This document shows positions 27,001 through 33,498 of a stretch of 34,705 nt of DNA, piece after piece. The translations under genes and the position numbers were made by a program. Source of the DNA: a virus (lineage: Duplodnaviria; Caudoviricetes); IMG/VR virus record IMGVR_UViG_3300022178_003189, positions 1 through 34,705 of that record; one strand, 5' to 3'. Under the pieces are notes generated by a model. The model was not told the origin of the DNA and did no database searches. It was given only the letters and a program-made list of their open reading frames with translations. Within the stretch, counting starts at the first letter, position 1. Every line of letters starts with the position of its first letter.

Positions 27001-28334
27001 GACTGGACTTGGTATAAGCGTAATTCATGTCTAAGAGCTTCGCTGTTGTCTAGAGGGATTGCGAAAAAGTCCATATTGCTTGGAGTATAGTTTGACGTTA
27101 AAGTAAATTGATAAAGCGGGCTCCCCGTTGCTGTTGCACTTACACCCGGCCAGCCTCGTACGTAGAAGTTGAAGTGTTCGAACTTGCTGCCTCCTATAGT
27201 AATATCTGCGGGTGCCCGGTTTCTATAGTACCAGGTAATAGCGTCAAAATCCATACAAGGGTGATTACCAGATACCTCTAAGTAGTACCCTACGGTAGCA
27301 TTATACCCCAAGCCTGTAATTTGCTTGAAGCCTGACCAGGTTACGTAGGTCTCGCCAGAACCAAAAGGATCGCTAATGCTTTTAGGCCAGTTTGCGTACT
27401 GACCAACCTTAATTTTTTCATAAGACCACTGACTAATGTACAGTCTAGTCTTACTATTAACATAATCGGAGGCATTGGAATCCGTTTTGATAAGTGGGTA
27501 AGTATAAGACATATCTGCACGCTTTTTCTCGTGAATTCTATGTATATAACTACTAAGCCTAGTAGAGGCATCGGTAGGTGTTAGTACGTAGGGTGCCGAG
27601 CCAGTATTAGTATCTGGAGTCCCTTCAATATCCCCACCATTATACTGAAAAACCGAAAGAACGTTGCGTCCGCCAGAGGAATAGCCTTTCCAAGAAAGAT
27701 ACTGACCAGTTCTTAGTATGTTTGAAAATTCAACTCTACGGCCTTGAGGTATGTGCTCTTGCTGATAGGCTCGAGTAACGCTACTAGTAGAAGTGTTATA
27801 GGAAGAGTAGTCGCTGCACAGAACCATTGCACCTCTACTAAGGCCTCGTCCAGTTGTGAGTCCCTCACCGTAGTTTTCAGGTATAATCTGTACCTGTCCA
27901 ATTGTTCCAGAGGCACTAGTGCTATCCGGCCATATAGGAGTTTCCCACTCTTCAGGCAGAAAGAACTGCTCTAGGGTCATATCGAACCCTTGTGCAGGGG
28001 TAGTAACAATTAGAGGGGGCACATAGTTGGCCTGGTCTTCCGGTCGTGTATTCGATATTAATTCTATGTTCCACTCGTTATCATTGCCTGTAGGAAACAC
28101 CTGCGTTACGGCATAAGATTTGCCCGAGAAGGGTGTGGTAAAGAAAGGTATAGGGAGTGAACTACAGTTACTTACCGTATAGTTAAATAAGGTAAAGCCT
28201 CCAAAGCCTGATTTAGGTGAAGTACTTCTACTATAGTCGGGGCTGAGGATTCTTTTTACAAAAGTTAAGTTTGTAGTTTGATCAGTAATTAAGTACTCAT
28301 CATCGTCGTTTTTTGAAACAAACCCATATGCCAT
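24030..28334 (-). CDS. Large tail-tip / receptor-binding protein (T5 pb5 locus)
   Basis: 1434 aa, Ser/Thr/Gly/Tyr-rich beta protein. N-terminal MAYGFVSKND..LI.D and internal HGMQILSNAGVTVFDS..PL motifs are typical of siphophage tail-tip proteins. Last late gene before the putative terminal repeat. Confidence 0.7.
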   Translation of the reverse strand: MAYGFVSKNDDDEYLITDQTTNLTFVKRILSPDYSRSTSPKSGFGGFTLFNYTVSNCSSLPIPFFTTPFSGKSYAVTQVFPTGNDNEWNIELISNTRPEDQANYVPPLIVTTPAQGFDMTLEQFFLPEEWETPIWPDSTSASGTIGQVQIIPENYGEGLTTGRGLSRGAMVLCSDYSSYNTSTSSVTRAYQQEHIPQGRRVEFSNILRTGQYLSWKGYSSGGRNVLSVFQYNGGDIEGTPDTNTGSAPYVLTPTDASTRLSSYIHRIHEKKRADMSYTYPLIKTDSNASDYVNSKTRLYISQWSYEKIKVGQYANWPKSISDPFGSGETYVTWSGFKQITGLGYNATVGYYLEVSGNHPCMDFDAITWYYRNRAPADITIGGSKFEHFNFYVRGWPGVSATATGSPLYQFTLTSNYTPSNMDFFAIPLDNSEALRHELRLYQVQSQVTNFPAHLDPDLGQTSADNPADYTEYWDTTYHKPSLGINPWAYSNNGNTLLGLPTTQHGFTLRAGLSGATHYLDNDMDIDVLLKGDESYHVLRSDTADTTRPLGDENNAVTNLGTSQLAKLQVTNFTSDSISFNESVTFNPSQTNPTSFGVLYGGHTLRIPYSTSFVDSGGLVRVYNGTGFLTYNHGASAASLSPGEYSLKFVNIYENLLSTNSATNGMSPAPFTPGTWSVPANQSTELALMADHSNYSSSVYATQSSGGSVHVRYRVNVRALDGTLSEIWVSQQVWNYKPTSSQPHLQVRTNISFSQLLQTATYPKVEAKSPPQGITVNIKTENITGTRTYTLYKGTTTFKTVSTTSSDYDMTLDPWDRTLSAVHNTDIDNILHAKGRTFYVKVEQSGTNVPPAHPFQMSLIRTPGSTVRLIKHHGNKSYHTAVDPSLWRHAGFVTTPDTVQTQTRSFTPGVACIRGVVDNIHGVNIQPYYLANITIGSTSAVARPNRAYRTTHSTGTTFEAMNCHENVGLLSYFPTYRYSDQNPLSTKYSYASSNSSKWNYSYVSTGGGTTHTKAHQVSLTSAARGLLRANYGRLTSSGSTKEKLIWNGSTITSSNTVGGIAQGVTVGNYTYTFDFDNTTYTEHFSFVPVKRTGPYTVADNGNFDVNAYNVGGAPELYIFSEPPSAPTPHGDHGMQILSNAGVTVFDSRSRPLLITDTANISHPSNPVTPSCGSLKANSWGGNFQSHSSQFTPTASSTISLTTSAAPAFFYNTKVQSHRECIRTETETESDTLGLSERTYYHTTKYWALYKGGIARTDNNTSSIAAKYITIERGAYYQVRRVSSYLFGAVDGGQSSGQHGIMPWNNETINNITDTVISIDTVPYTGPTYTVTTTFSGTIKLSGTDRNGSFSNVPNKTLTMRTGDRLKITFSEASMSLKTAYSSSATNNVLNEETINNVGTANSQVTWVPHTPGTYYYTKTGSSSGVYRGSIVVTTG

Positions 28335-28337
28335 ATC

Positions 28338-28682
28338 TTATCTTCCTAGTATTAGTATTTTGCACGCTGCACTATATGCGTTAAAAGTATTATTCTCTGA
28401 GTTTGTGGTAGTGCCTGAAGTACTTGTAATAAGAACTGATCGTACACTGTTATTGATCGTTACGGTAGGCACTAGTTGTTTTTCGTCCACGGCTACATCG
28501 CTTATAATTTGCAAGGCTACTCTAAGCTCCATGCCTGCGGGTAAACTGTTTCCACTGAAATATATTGTCGAGGCGGTATCTCCTGAAGGTATATTTAAGA
28601 CGGCCACCTGCATCCAACTTTTAGAACTTGTGTCCATTAGTAGGTTTTCGTCTCTGTCGTATACTTGCAGTCCAAAAGCCAT
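28338..28682 (-). CDS. Small tail-tip partner protein
   Basis: 114 aa starting MAFGLQVYDRDENLLMD, the motif of small genes that precede T1-like receptor-binding genes. AAGGAG RBS. Confidence 0.65.
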   Translation of the reverse strand: MAFGLQVYDRDENLLMDTSSKSWMQVAVLNIPSGDTASTIYFSGNSLPAGMELRVALQIISDVAVDEKQLVPTVTINNSVRSVLITSTSGTTTNSENNTFNAYSAACKILILGR

Positions 28683-28708
28683 AGTAGTAATCTCCTTCGA
28701 TTTGATAA

Positions 28709-28737
28709 ATTATACTTAATTTTAAGAAATTTGTCAA
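28709..28737 (-). promoter_or_regulatory. sigma70 promoter of the receptor-binding operon
   Basis: Perfect TTGACA-17 bp-TATAAT. Confidence 0.9.
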
Positions 28738-28775
28738 GGTATATTTTTCAGGGGGTGTTAAGGTTTGTTGCACTT

Positions 28776-28842
28776 CTTTGGTACCTACTTGCTTTACCAT
28801 TGGGTATCATCTCTGCAACCTTTGGCACCTACTTGCTTTACC
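28776..28842. repeat. 23-bp direct repeat x2 (CTTTGGYACCTACTTGCTTTACC)
   Basis: Copies at 28776-28798 and 28820-28842, one mismatch, 44-bp period. Confidence 0.9.
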
Positions 28843-28885
28843 GTTTTACTTGAGGTTTACGTGGAAGTGTGCGCGGCGCGCTGCA

Positions 28886-28933
28886 AATGAGAATGAGTCT
28901 CATTACCGCCCCCTAATGAGAATGATTATCATT
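28886..28933. promoter_or_regulatory. Two tandem Fur-box-like 19-mers
   Basis: AATGAGAATGAGTCTCATT (28886-28904) and AATGAGAATGATTATCATT (28915-28933), compared with the gammaproteobacterial 9-1-9 consensus AATGANAATNATTNTCATT. Confidence 0.65.
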
Positions 28934-28993
28934 TGCATCTGTCCATGTAGGTCTGTGACTTTTTAGGTAAGGGCATAAGGTGGTCATTTAACA

Positions 28994-29049
28994 CTATAAA
29001 ACAAGGTGTTTTTGAACATTTTTTTATTCAAAAACCCCTTGTTTTATAG
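28994..29049. repeat. 23-bp-arm inverted repeat (hairpin/cruciform) just after the ppk2 stop
   Basis: CTATAAAACAAGGTGTTTTTGAA / TTCAAAAACCCCTTGTTTTATAG, one mismatch, 10-nt loop. Confidence 0.85.
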
Positions 29050-29051
29050 GC

Positions 29052-29675
29052 TTAAATGATCTTCTCTAACTCCTTGTTTAATCTTTTTATAAACGCTAAA
29101 CGTCCTGCACTTTTATCATTGTAATTTATACTGAACCAATCGCCGCAATTATTAACCATAGATTCTTTTTTAATACTCATAGCATTATATTTTTCGACTG
29201 CCATTTTATCATTCTCTGATAGCTTCCAATACTTGAGCGGTGATACTTCGCGGTGATTAATTCTAGCTAACTGTTCAACTTCTGAAATAGACAACCACAT
29301 TTTAATAAACGTGATAGGCTTTTTCTTTTCCCATATTAGAACGGACTTCATAAAATTACTATATTGCTTATCACTACACCAACCATTAACAGGTTGAACC
29401 AAGGCGCGACTATACCAAGAGCGATCATAGAATACTATTTGATTATCAGCGGGCATTTTCTTGAGCCATGATGCCAGCCAATTATCCATAGCGTGCGCGC
29501 TAGGCTTAGATGATAAGCATACACTGAACCATTGCGGATTAAGGTATTGTGTAAGCGTTCGGATTGTTCCCGTTTTTCCTGCCGTATCGCGCCCCTCTAA
29601 TATAACAGCGATACGCCCCCGATTTTTTTCTGCTAATTTGTTGAGCTTGGCTTGCTCTCTCTCTAATGAATTCAT
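29052..29675 (-). CDS. ppk2: Polyphosphate kinase 2
   Basis: 207 aa with P-loop EGRDTAGKTGTI, Walker B FYDRSWYSR, and IKMWLSIS..EQ..R...R..SPLKYWKLSEND lid motif. Confidence 0.93.
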   Translation of the reverse strand: MNSLEREQAKLNKLAEKNRGRIAVILEGRDTAGKTGTIRTLTQYLNPQWFSVCLSSKPSAHAMDNWLASWLKKMPADNQIVFYDRSWYSRALVQPVNGWCSDKQYSNFMKSVLIWEKKKPITFIKMWLSISEVEQLARINHREVSPLKYWKLSENDKMAVEKYNAMSIKKESMVNNCGDWFSINYNDKSAGRLAFIKRLNKELEKII

Positions 29676-30382
29676 GCAACTATACTCCCGTGGATATTTT
29701 TATCTTTGCCTTTTGCGCTTGGGTTTACTAAACGCCAAGGCGCTTTATTATATACGTTATAGGGTATCTTCTTTTTTGTTTTGAAACATTGGCGCAATAT
29801 CTCTACCTCAATAACGCAATCACTTAGGGCTGTATGATCTTCGATAAAGCCATGATCACCTGAACAAAAACGATAAGCGAATTCTGCGCCTGTCTTAATG
29901 TTGCCCTTGGGTGATACCCAACCGAATGATTCTGCAATCTTTTTATAATTGCGGCTTTTTAGCTTTGCTTCGCAAGCGAATTGCCATATATCCAAGACCT
30001 GCATTTTAGACTGTAAAACGCGATCTTCTCCCGTTAGGCTTTTATGGGTGTTGGACATTGCCCGCATATCAAAGCCGATATTATAGGCGGCTATTGTCGT
30101 TACGTTATACTCTACAATATCCGATCTCAATTGATCAATGATTTCTTGCCAAGGCTTCATTGTGATTTCGCTATTGTCTAACATGGGTGCATAATGCGAG
30201 AACAATTTTTTAGCGTAAAATGCGCCCATCATAATTTTTGGCTGTGTGAAAATCTCAGATACTAAGGCGTTATAGCTGGTAAGCTGGTTCCCATCTTTGT
30301 CGTGTATGATATAGCCAAGGTCATAAACATTACCAGATAAATCAGCCGTTTCGGTGTCTAATGTTAGAATCACGTTTTTCAT
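29672..30382 (-). CDS. DEDDh (DnaQ-like) 3'-5' exonuclease
   Basis: 236 aa with ExoI LDTET, ExoII AYNIGFD and ExoIII HTALSD. Confidence 0.88.
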   Translation of the reverse strand: MKNVILTLDTETADLSGNVYDLGYIIHDKDGNQLTSYNALVSEIFTQPKIMMGAFYAKKLFSHYAPMLDNSEITMKPWQEIIDQLRSDIVEYNVTTIAAYNIGFDMRAMSNTHKSLTGEDRVLQSKMQVLDIWQFACEAKLKSRNYKKIAESFGWVSPKGNIKTGAEFAYRFCSGDHGFIEDHTALSDCVIEVEILRQCFKTKKKIPYNVYNKAPWRLVNPSAKGKDKNIHGSIVA

Positions 30383-30385
30383 AAT

Positions 30386-30865
30386 TTAAGCCTGTAATTT
30401 TTGGTTTAGGTCAATTGCATTAAGAGCGTTTATTTTTAATTCATTCTCTGCCATTTTTAGAACAGACAAATTGTCGTCAATGATACAAGCCGCAACACGC
30501 CAGCGAGCACGCGGGATTTTGAGCTGAATTAATAAGCGCGATATTTTTGCAAACTTCATGCGATCATCTGCACGATTATCGCCAATAGAACGGGACATAA
30601 TATAATCGGGTTGCATATTGTGTAAAGCCAAAAATTCATAATCTGGCTTTGATAATACGCGAGCCGTACAGATTGCCGTTTTTTTGCTAGGATCTTTGAT
30701 AAACCTTTTGAAACTAGCAGCCAAGGGTAAGAGACGATCTTGCATAATTTTTTCATGGGTGCAATTCTCTATCCAGTTATCTAAATCAAGCGAACCATCT
30801 GCACGAGTCAATTGACGGTGCGAGCTATCAATCACTGTGTGATCTAAATCAAAAATATATAACAT
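30386..30865 (-). CDS. HAD-superfamily phosphatase (possible nucleotidase, T5 dmp-like role)
   Basis: Motif I IFDLDHT, motif II CTAR, motif III Lys, motif IV IIDD. Start at ATG 30865 is coupled to the upstream stop (TAATG). Confidence 0.82.
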   Translation of the reverse strand: MLYIFDLDHTVIDSSHRQLTRADGSLDLDNWIENCTHEKIMQDRLLPLAASFKRFIKDPSKKTAICTARVLSKPDYEFLALHNMQPDYIMSRSIGDNRADDRMKFAKISRLLIQLKIPRARWRVAACIIDDNLSVLKMAENELKINALNAIDLNQKLQA

Positions 30866-31059
30866 TAAACTAAACTCCAAATATAACCAATAATACCGAC
30901 AATATTTAAAACAATTAAATTGTGCATTTTTTGCTCTACCGCTTGGGTGGTCAATAATGCTAAACCAACAATTGCGAAAATTTTACCGATTGTGTAATTT
31001 ATTAAGAATGGGGCGAGGCATAAAAGCCCCGCACCAATCCAGCCAGCTAAGGCTACCAT
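30865..31059 (-). CDS. Small integral membrane protein
   Basis: 64 aa, almost entirely hydrophobic (2-3 TM helices), abutting the A2-like gene. Confidence 0.75.
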   Translation of the reverse strand: MVALAGWIGAGLLCLAPFLINYTIGKIFAIVGLALLTTQAVEQKMHNLIVLNIVGIIGYIWSLV

Positions 31060-31371
31060 TTACACGTTACTCAACAAAGCAGACAATGCCGACGCTGGAG
31101 CTTTTAGCAAGCCGTCTAGCGAACCATCATCCGCATCTACCGCTTTTGTAATTGCTTTGACAATATCCAGCTTTGAGACTGCCGCTTTTTTGCGAGCTGG
31201 TTTTGCTTTGACTTCGTAGTCAATGCCCGCACTTTTTGCTTTTGCAATAACGGAGCGGCTTGTAATACCAAGACCGAATTCTGTAGCCAAGGCCGCACAC
31301 TTTTCAGCGTTTAAAGGCGCTTGAGCGGTCATTGTTTCGATCATTTCAACTGTGTATACTGATTTTGACAT
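31060..31371 (-). CDS. A2: T5 A2-like pre-early DNA-binding protein (second-step DNA transfer)
   Basis: 103 aa with pattern LA.EFG..T.RSVIAK....Y....K.DIV..I.....L.GL.KA...L. GGAG RBS, and first gene behind strong promoters in the pre-early position. Confidence 0.7.
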   Translation of the reverse strand: MSKSVYTVEMIETMTAQAPLNAEKCAALATEFGLGITSRSVIAKAKSAGIDYEVKAKPARKKAAVSKLDIVKAITKAVDADDGSLDGLLKAPASALSALLSNV

Positions 31372-31407
31372 GTTTAATTCTCCAAAGAATTGTATTTAAG
31401 AGCCGCT

Positions 31408-31617
31408 ATTATATCAAATAAAGGCGCGACTGTAAACCTTTATTTGTTGGTAATTTTACCATTTTTGTGTGGGTTGGTTTCCCGTATTTCTGAATTGAAT
31501 TATAGCAAGGTTTTTCTTTATTGTCAACTGGTAATATTACCATTTTTGCCGACTAGGATTCTCTTGCCTTTCCCCATTTCAGAAACACATTATATCAATT
31601 ATTTTCGCAAATGTAAA
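31408..31617 (-). promoter_or_regulatory. Three tandem strong sigma70 promoters (~90-bp period) driving the A2-HAD-exonuclease-ppk2 operon
   Basis: TTTACA-17-TATAAT (31408-31436), TTGACA-17-TATAAT (31499-31527) and TTTACA-17-TATAAT (31589-31617). Confidence 0.88.
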
Positions 31618-31707
31618 GCGTTTTCTTAGACTAAAAAGGCATAAGGGCGGCGCCAAATATGCAAAAACGGTATAAGAAAATGCTTTACATGGCTTGATTT
31701 TTATGAT

Positions 31708-31733
31708 AAAATTGGCGCAGGGGCGCCGATTTT
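31708..31733. terminator. Bidirectional hairpin terminator
   Basis: AAAATTGGCGC-AGGG-GCGCCGATTTT, downstream of the mini-peptide operon. A plus-strand TTTACA-17-TAAAAT promoter-like site (31684-31712) overlaps it. Confidence 0.55.
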
Positions 31734-31797
31734 TGACCTGTGTCAAGCCCCATGTTTGCCGCTCGCGATTTGACATATGCGCTAGAATATGCCTAGT

Positions 31798-31875
31798 CTA
31801 ATATGGTATCACTCCGCACTGCGTAAAGAATAATAACAGGATAGCTGCTACAAAAAAGAATTCGGAATTATTCAT
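31798..31875 (-). CDS. 25-aa membrane peptide MNNSEFFFVAAILLLFFTQCGVIPY
   Basis: Read manually. AGGA RBS and a single hydrophobic helix. Confidence 0.6.
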   Translation of the reverse strand: MNNSEFFFVAAILLLFFTQCGVIPY

Positions 31876-31885
31876 TGGTATAATC

Positions 31886-31960
31886 CTATAGGTATTGTAA
31901 TGCTAATACAGCAACAGCGATGATAATGGCAAATTGAAACAGAAATCTTAAAACGGTCAT
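31886..31960 (-). CDS. 24-aa membrane peptide MTVLRFLFQFAIIIAVAVLALQYL
   Basis: Read manually. ATGA overlap with the upstream gene and an AGGGG RBS. Confidence 0.62.
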   Translation of the reverse strand: MTVLRFLFQFAIIIAVAVLALQYL

Positions 31961-32217
31961 TGGTATAACCCCTTTGTTAGATACGCAACACAATCTGTAG
32001 CGTCTTCATCATAATAGCAAAGCGTTTTACCACATTGCGATACTGGAATGATATTTTGTTCCATCATATCGCGCTGCAACTCTCTGCGACCGCGTCTAGC
32101 GCGGGTAATATCAAAGCACCATTTTTGCATGCCGATGGCATCACCCGTGCGCAGGTCGTACGCTTCATGCGTGTAAGACCCGTCTTGATTCATTCTAGAT
32201 TTAATATATGCTTTCAT
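31957..32217 (-). CDS. Hypothetical pre-early protein
   Basis: 86-aa ORF, translationally coupled on both sides. Confidence 0.7.
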   Translation of the reverse strand: MKAYIKSRMNQDGSYTHEAYDLRTGDAIGMQKWCFDITRARRGRRELQRDMMEQNIIPVSQCGKTLCYYDEDATDCVAYLTKGLYQ

Positions 32218-32375
32218 TATCTGAACTCTCTAAATGTTACGGCTTTAAAGCACTGAGAATAATAATCTATAATTTGATCTCTTTCTTCCCACAATATCAG
32301 CGCAGGTATGTATACTGGTGAGATAATAAGGTGGAGCAACCCAAGAAAAAACATTTTAATCTTTGACTTTTTCAT
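32217..32375 (-). CDS. 52-aa membrane-anchored peptide (MKKSKIKMFFLGLLHLIISPVYIPALILWEERD...)
   Basis: Read manually. TAATG overlaps at both ends. Confidence 0.68.
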   Translation of the reverse strand: MKKSKIKMFFLGLLHLIISPVYIPALILWEERDQIIDYYSQCFKAVTFREFR

Positions 32376-32464
32376 TATTTTGACTCTCTAATTTGTGATA
32401 CTGCGAACGCTATCGCGAAAATTGTTGGTAAGACTACGATTAATAATACTGCTGCTGCTGTCAT
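32375..32464 (-). CDS. 29-aa membrane peptide MTAAAVLLIVVLPTIFAIAFAVSQIRESK
   Basis: Read manually. GGGGAG RBS, first gene after the 32491-32519 promoter. Confidence 0.68.
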   Translation of the reverse strand: MTAAAVLLIVVLPTIFAIAFAVSQIRESK

Positions 32465-32490
32465 GATGCTCTCCCCTATTCGTTAAAAGA

Positions 32491-32519
32491 ATTATATCGA
32501 ATAATGCTGCAAACGTCAA
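32491..32519 (-). promoter_or_regulatory. sigma70 promoter of the mini-peptide operon
   Basis: TTGACG-17 bp-TATAAT. Confidence 0.85.
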
Positions 32520-32545
32520 CACTTATTTTATGTGAATATTACCGC

Positions 32546-32574
32546 TTGCAACCTGCTCTGCGGTATGGTATAAT
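32546..32574 (+). promoter_or_regulatory. Divergent sigma70 promoter firing into the repeat tract
   Basis: TTGCAA-17 bp-TATAAT with an extended -10 TG. Confidence 0.7.
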
Positions 32575-32579
32575 AATTT

Positions 32580-32940
32580 TGGCGCGACCGCGCCGCTCGG
32601 GGTTTGTCAAGCTTTATTTGTGGGCCATGTGCATTTAATTTGTGTGACCCCGCCCAGCTTGGTCTCCCAGAGATTCGGCGCGGGGGCGCCAGTAGTAGTA
32701 CGACGATGATATTGGTGGTGGGCCGCGCCGATTATACAGTATGTAAGCGATATTTGTCAAGTCTTTTATGTAAATTGCCACGAATTATATACAATTTGGT
32801 CAGTCTCTGCACAATGGCGCCGAGTAGTAGTACGACGATGCGCCGAAACAGTACCTGCGCCAGTAGTAGTACGACGATGTGTTTAAAATATGCTCTGCGC
32901 GCCGATTATAGCACACCCCCGCGGGGTTTGTCAAGTACTT
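32580..32940. repeat. GC-rich non-coding repeat tract, candidate injection stop signal (iss)
   Basis: AGTAGTAGTACGACGATG x3 (32691-32708, 32823-32840, 32862-32879), each preceded by GCGCC. GCGCCGATTATA x2 and GGGGTTTGTCAAG x2. Position after the pre-early genes matches the T5 iss. Confidence 0.65.
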
Positions 32941-33139
32941 TCGCGAATTAGATGGCGTAAATCAGGATAAAGTAGTCTAATTTGGGATAACCCCGCAGCG
33001 GGGACGATAATATGAGATAATTTTGGAAAATTGTAGTAAATAAGACTTGACATCGCGACCCCGTCCGGCCCCCCGGAATTACAGCCTTTACGGTTGACAA
33101 GTTTTTTCTTTCTTGGTGGACATAAAATTAAAATATCTC

Positions 33140-33168
33140 TTGACTTTAGCTTTAGAAATCTGTATAAT
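33140..33168 (+). promoter_or_regulatory. sigma70 promoter for the tRNA pair
   Basis: TTGACT-17 bp-TATAAT. Confidence 0.85.
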
Positions 33169-33279
33169 ATCTTTATTGAATTGAGACATGAAAGAAAAGT
33201 TTTTAAGCAACAGTTTCGCACTTAGCGTGGTAAAACACGATATAACATAATCAGATGATCACTGAGTGCAACTAATAAA

Positions 33280-33353
33280 GCGAGTGTCGTATAATGGTAT
33301 TACATCAGCCTTCCAAGTTGATAACAGGGGTTCGATTCCCTTGACTCGCTCCA
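33280..33353 (+). tRNA. tRNA-Gly(TCC)
   Basis: Acceptor GCGAGT/ACTCGC with a 7th-pair G-G mismatch, anticodon arm TCAGC-CTTCCAA-GTTGA, T loop TTCGATT, discriminator T and encoded CCA. Confidence 0.92.
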
Positions 33354-33358
33354 ACAAT

Positions 33359-33434
33359 GTCCCATTCGTCTAGTGGTCTAGGACATCGGGGTTTCATCCC
33401 GGTAACAGGAGTTCGAACCTCCTATGGGACGCCA
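33359..33434 (+). tRNA. tRNA-Glu(TTC)
   Basis: Acceptor GTCCCAT/ATGGGAC, anticodon arm TCGGG-GTTTCAT-CCCGG, T arm AGGAG-TTCGAAC-CTCCT, G discriminator and CCA. Confidence 0.95.
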
Positions 33435-33463
33435 TTATTTATTAAGTAGTTATCATTTAGTTC

Positions 33464-33492
33464 TTGACACAATGCTGAATTCAATGTATAAT
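33464..33492 (+). promoter_or_regulatory. sigma70 promoter of the putative ncRNA
   Basis: Perfect TTGACA-17 bp-TATAAT. Confidence 0.9.
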
Positions 33493-33498
33493 ATGTTT

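Noticed and set aside
24030-28334. Diversity-generating retroelement targeting the RBP
   Set aside because: No reverse transcriptase and no template/variable repeat pair seen in the window.
1-28682. Frequent TAG/CTA triplets suggesting stop-codon recoding
   Set aside because: Genes are full length and tightly packed under the standard code, and TAG serves as a true stop (e.g. at 7558 and 24030).
28868-28882. GCGC-rich run as a T5-type single-strand nick site
   Set aside because: A nicking enzyme gene is present, but GCGC is too short to assign nick positions from sequence alone.
155-28966. Numerous plus-strand ORFs of 60-140 aa over the structural genes
   Set aside because: Antisense shadows of long minus-strand genes, with no RBS or promoter support.
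32686-32879. Three identical 18-bp repeats as a mini-CRISPR array
   Set aside because: The repeats are too short, the spacers are irregular (114 and 21 bp), and there are no cas genes.
32604-33221. ORFs 32604-32951 (+) with SSSTTM repeats and 32931-33221 (-)
   Set aside because: No RBS and non-ATG starts. The peptide repeats simply reflect the DNA repeats, and the ORFs run across promoter sites.
33188-33250. 20-codon ORF in the tRNA leader
   Set aside because: Weak RBS and no distinguishing features, so most likely tRNA precursor leader.
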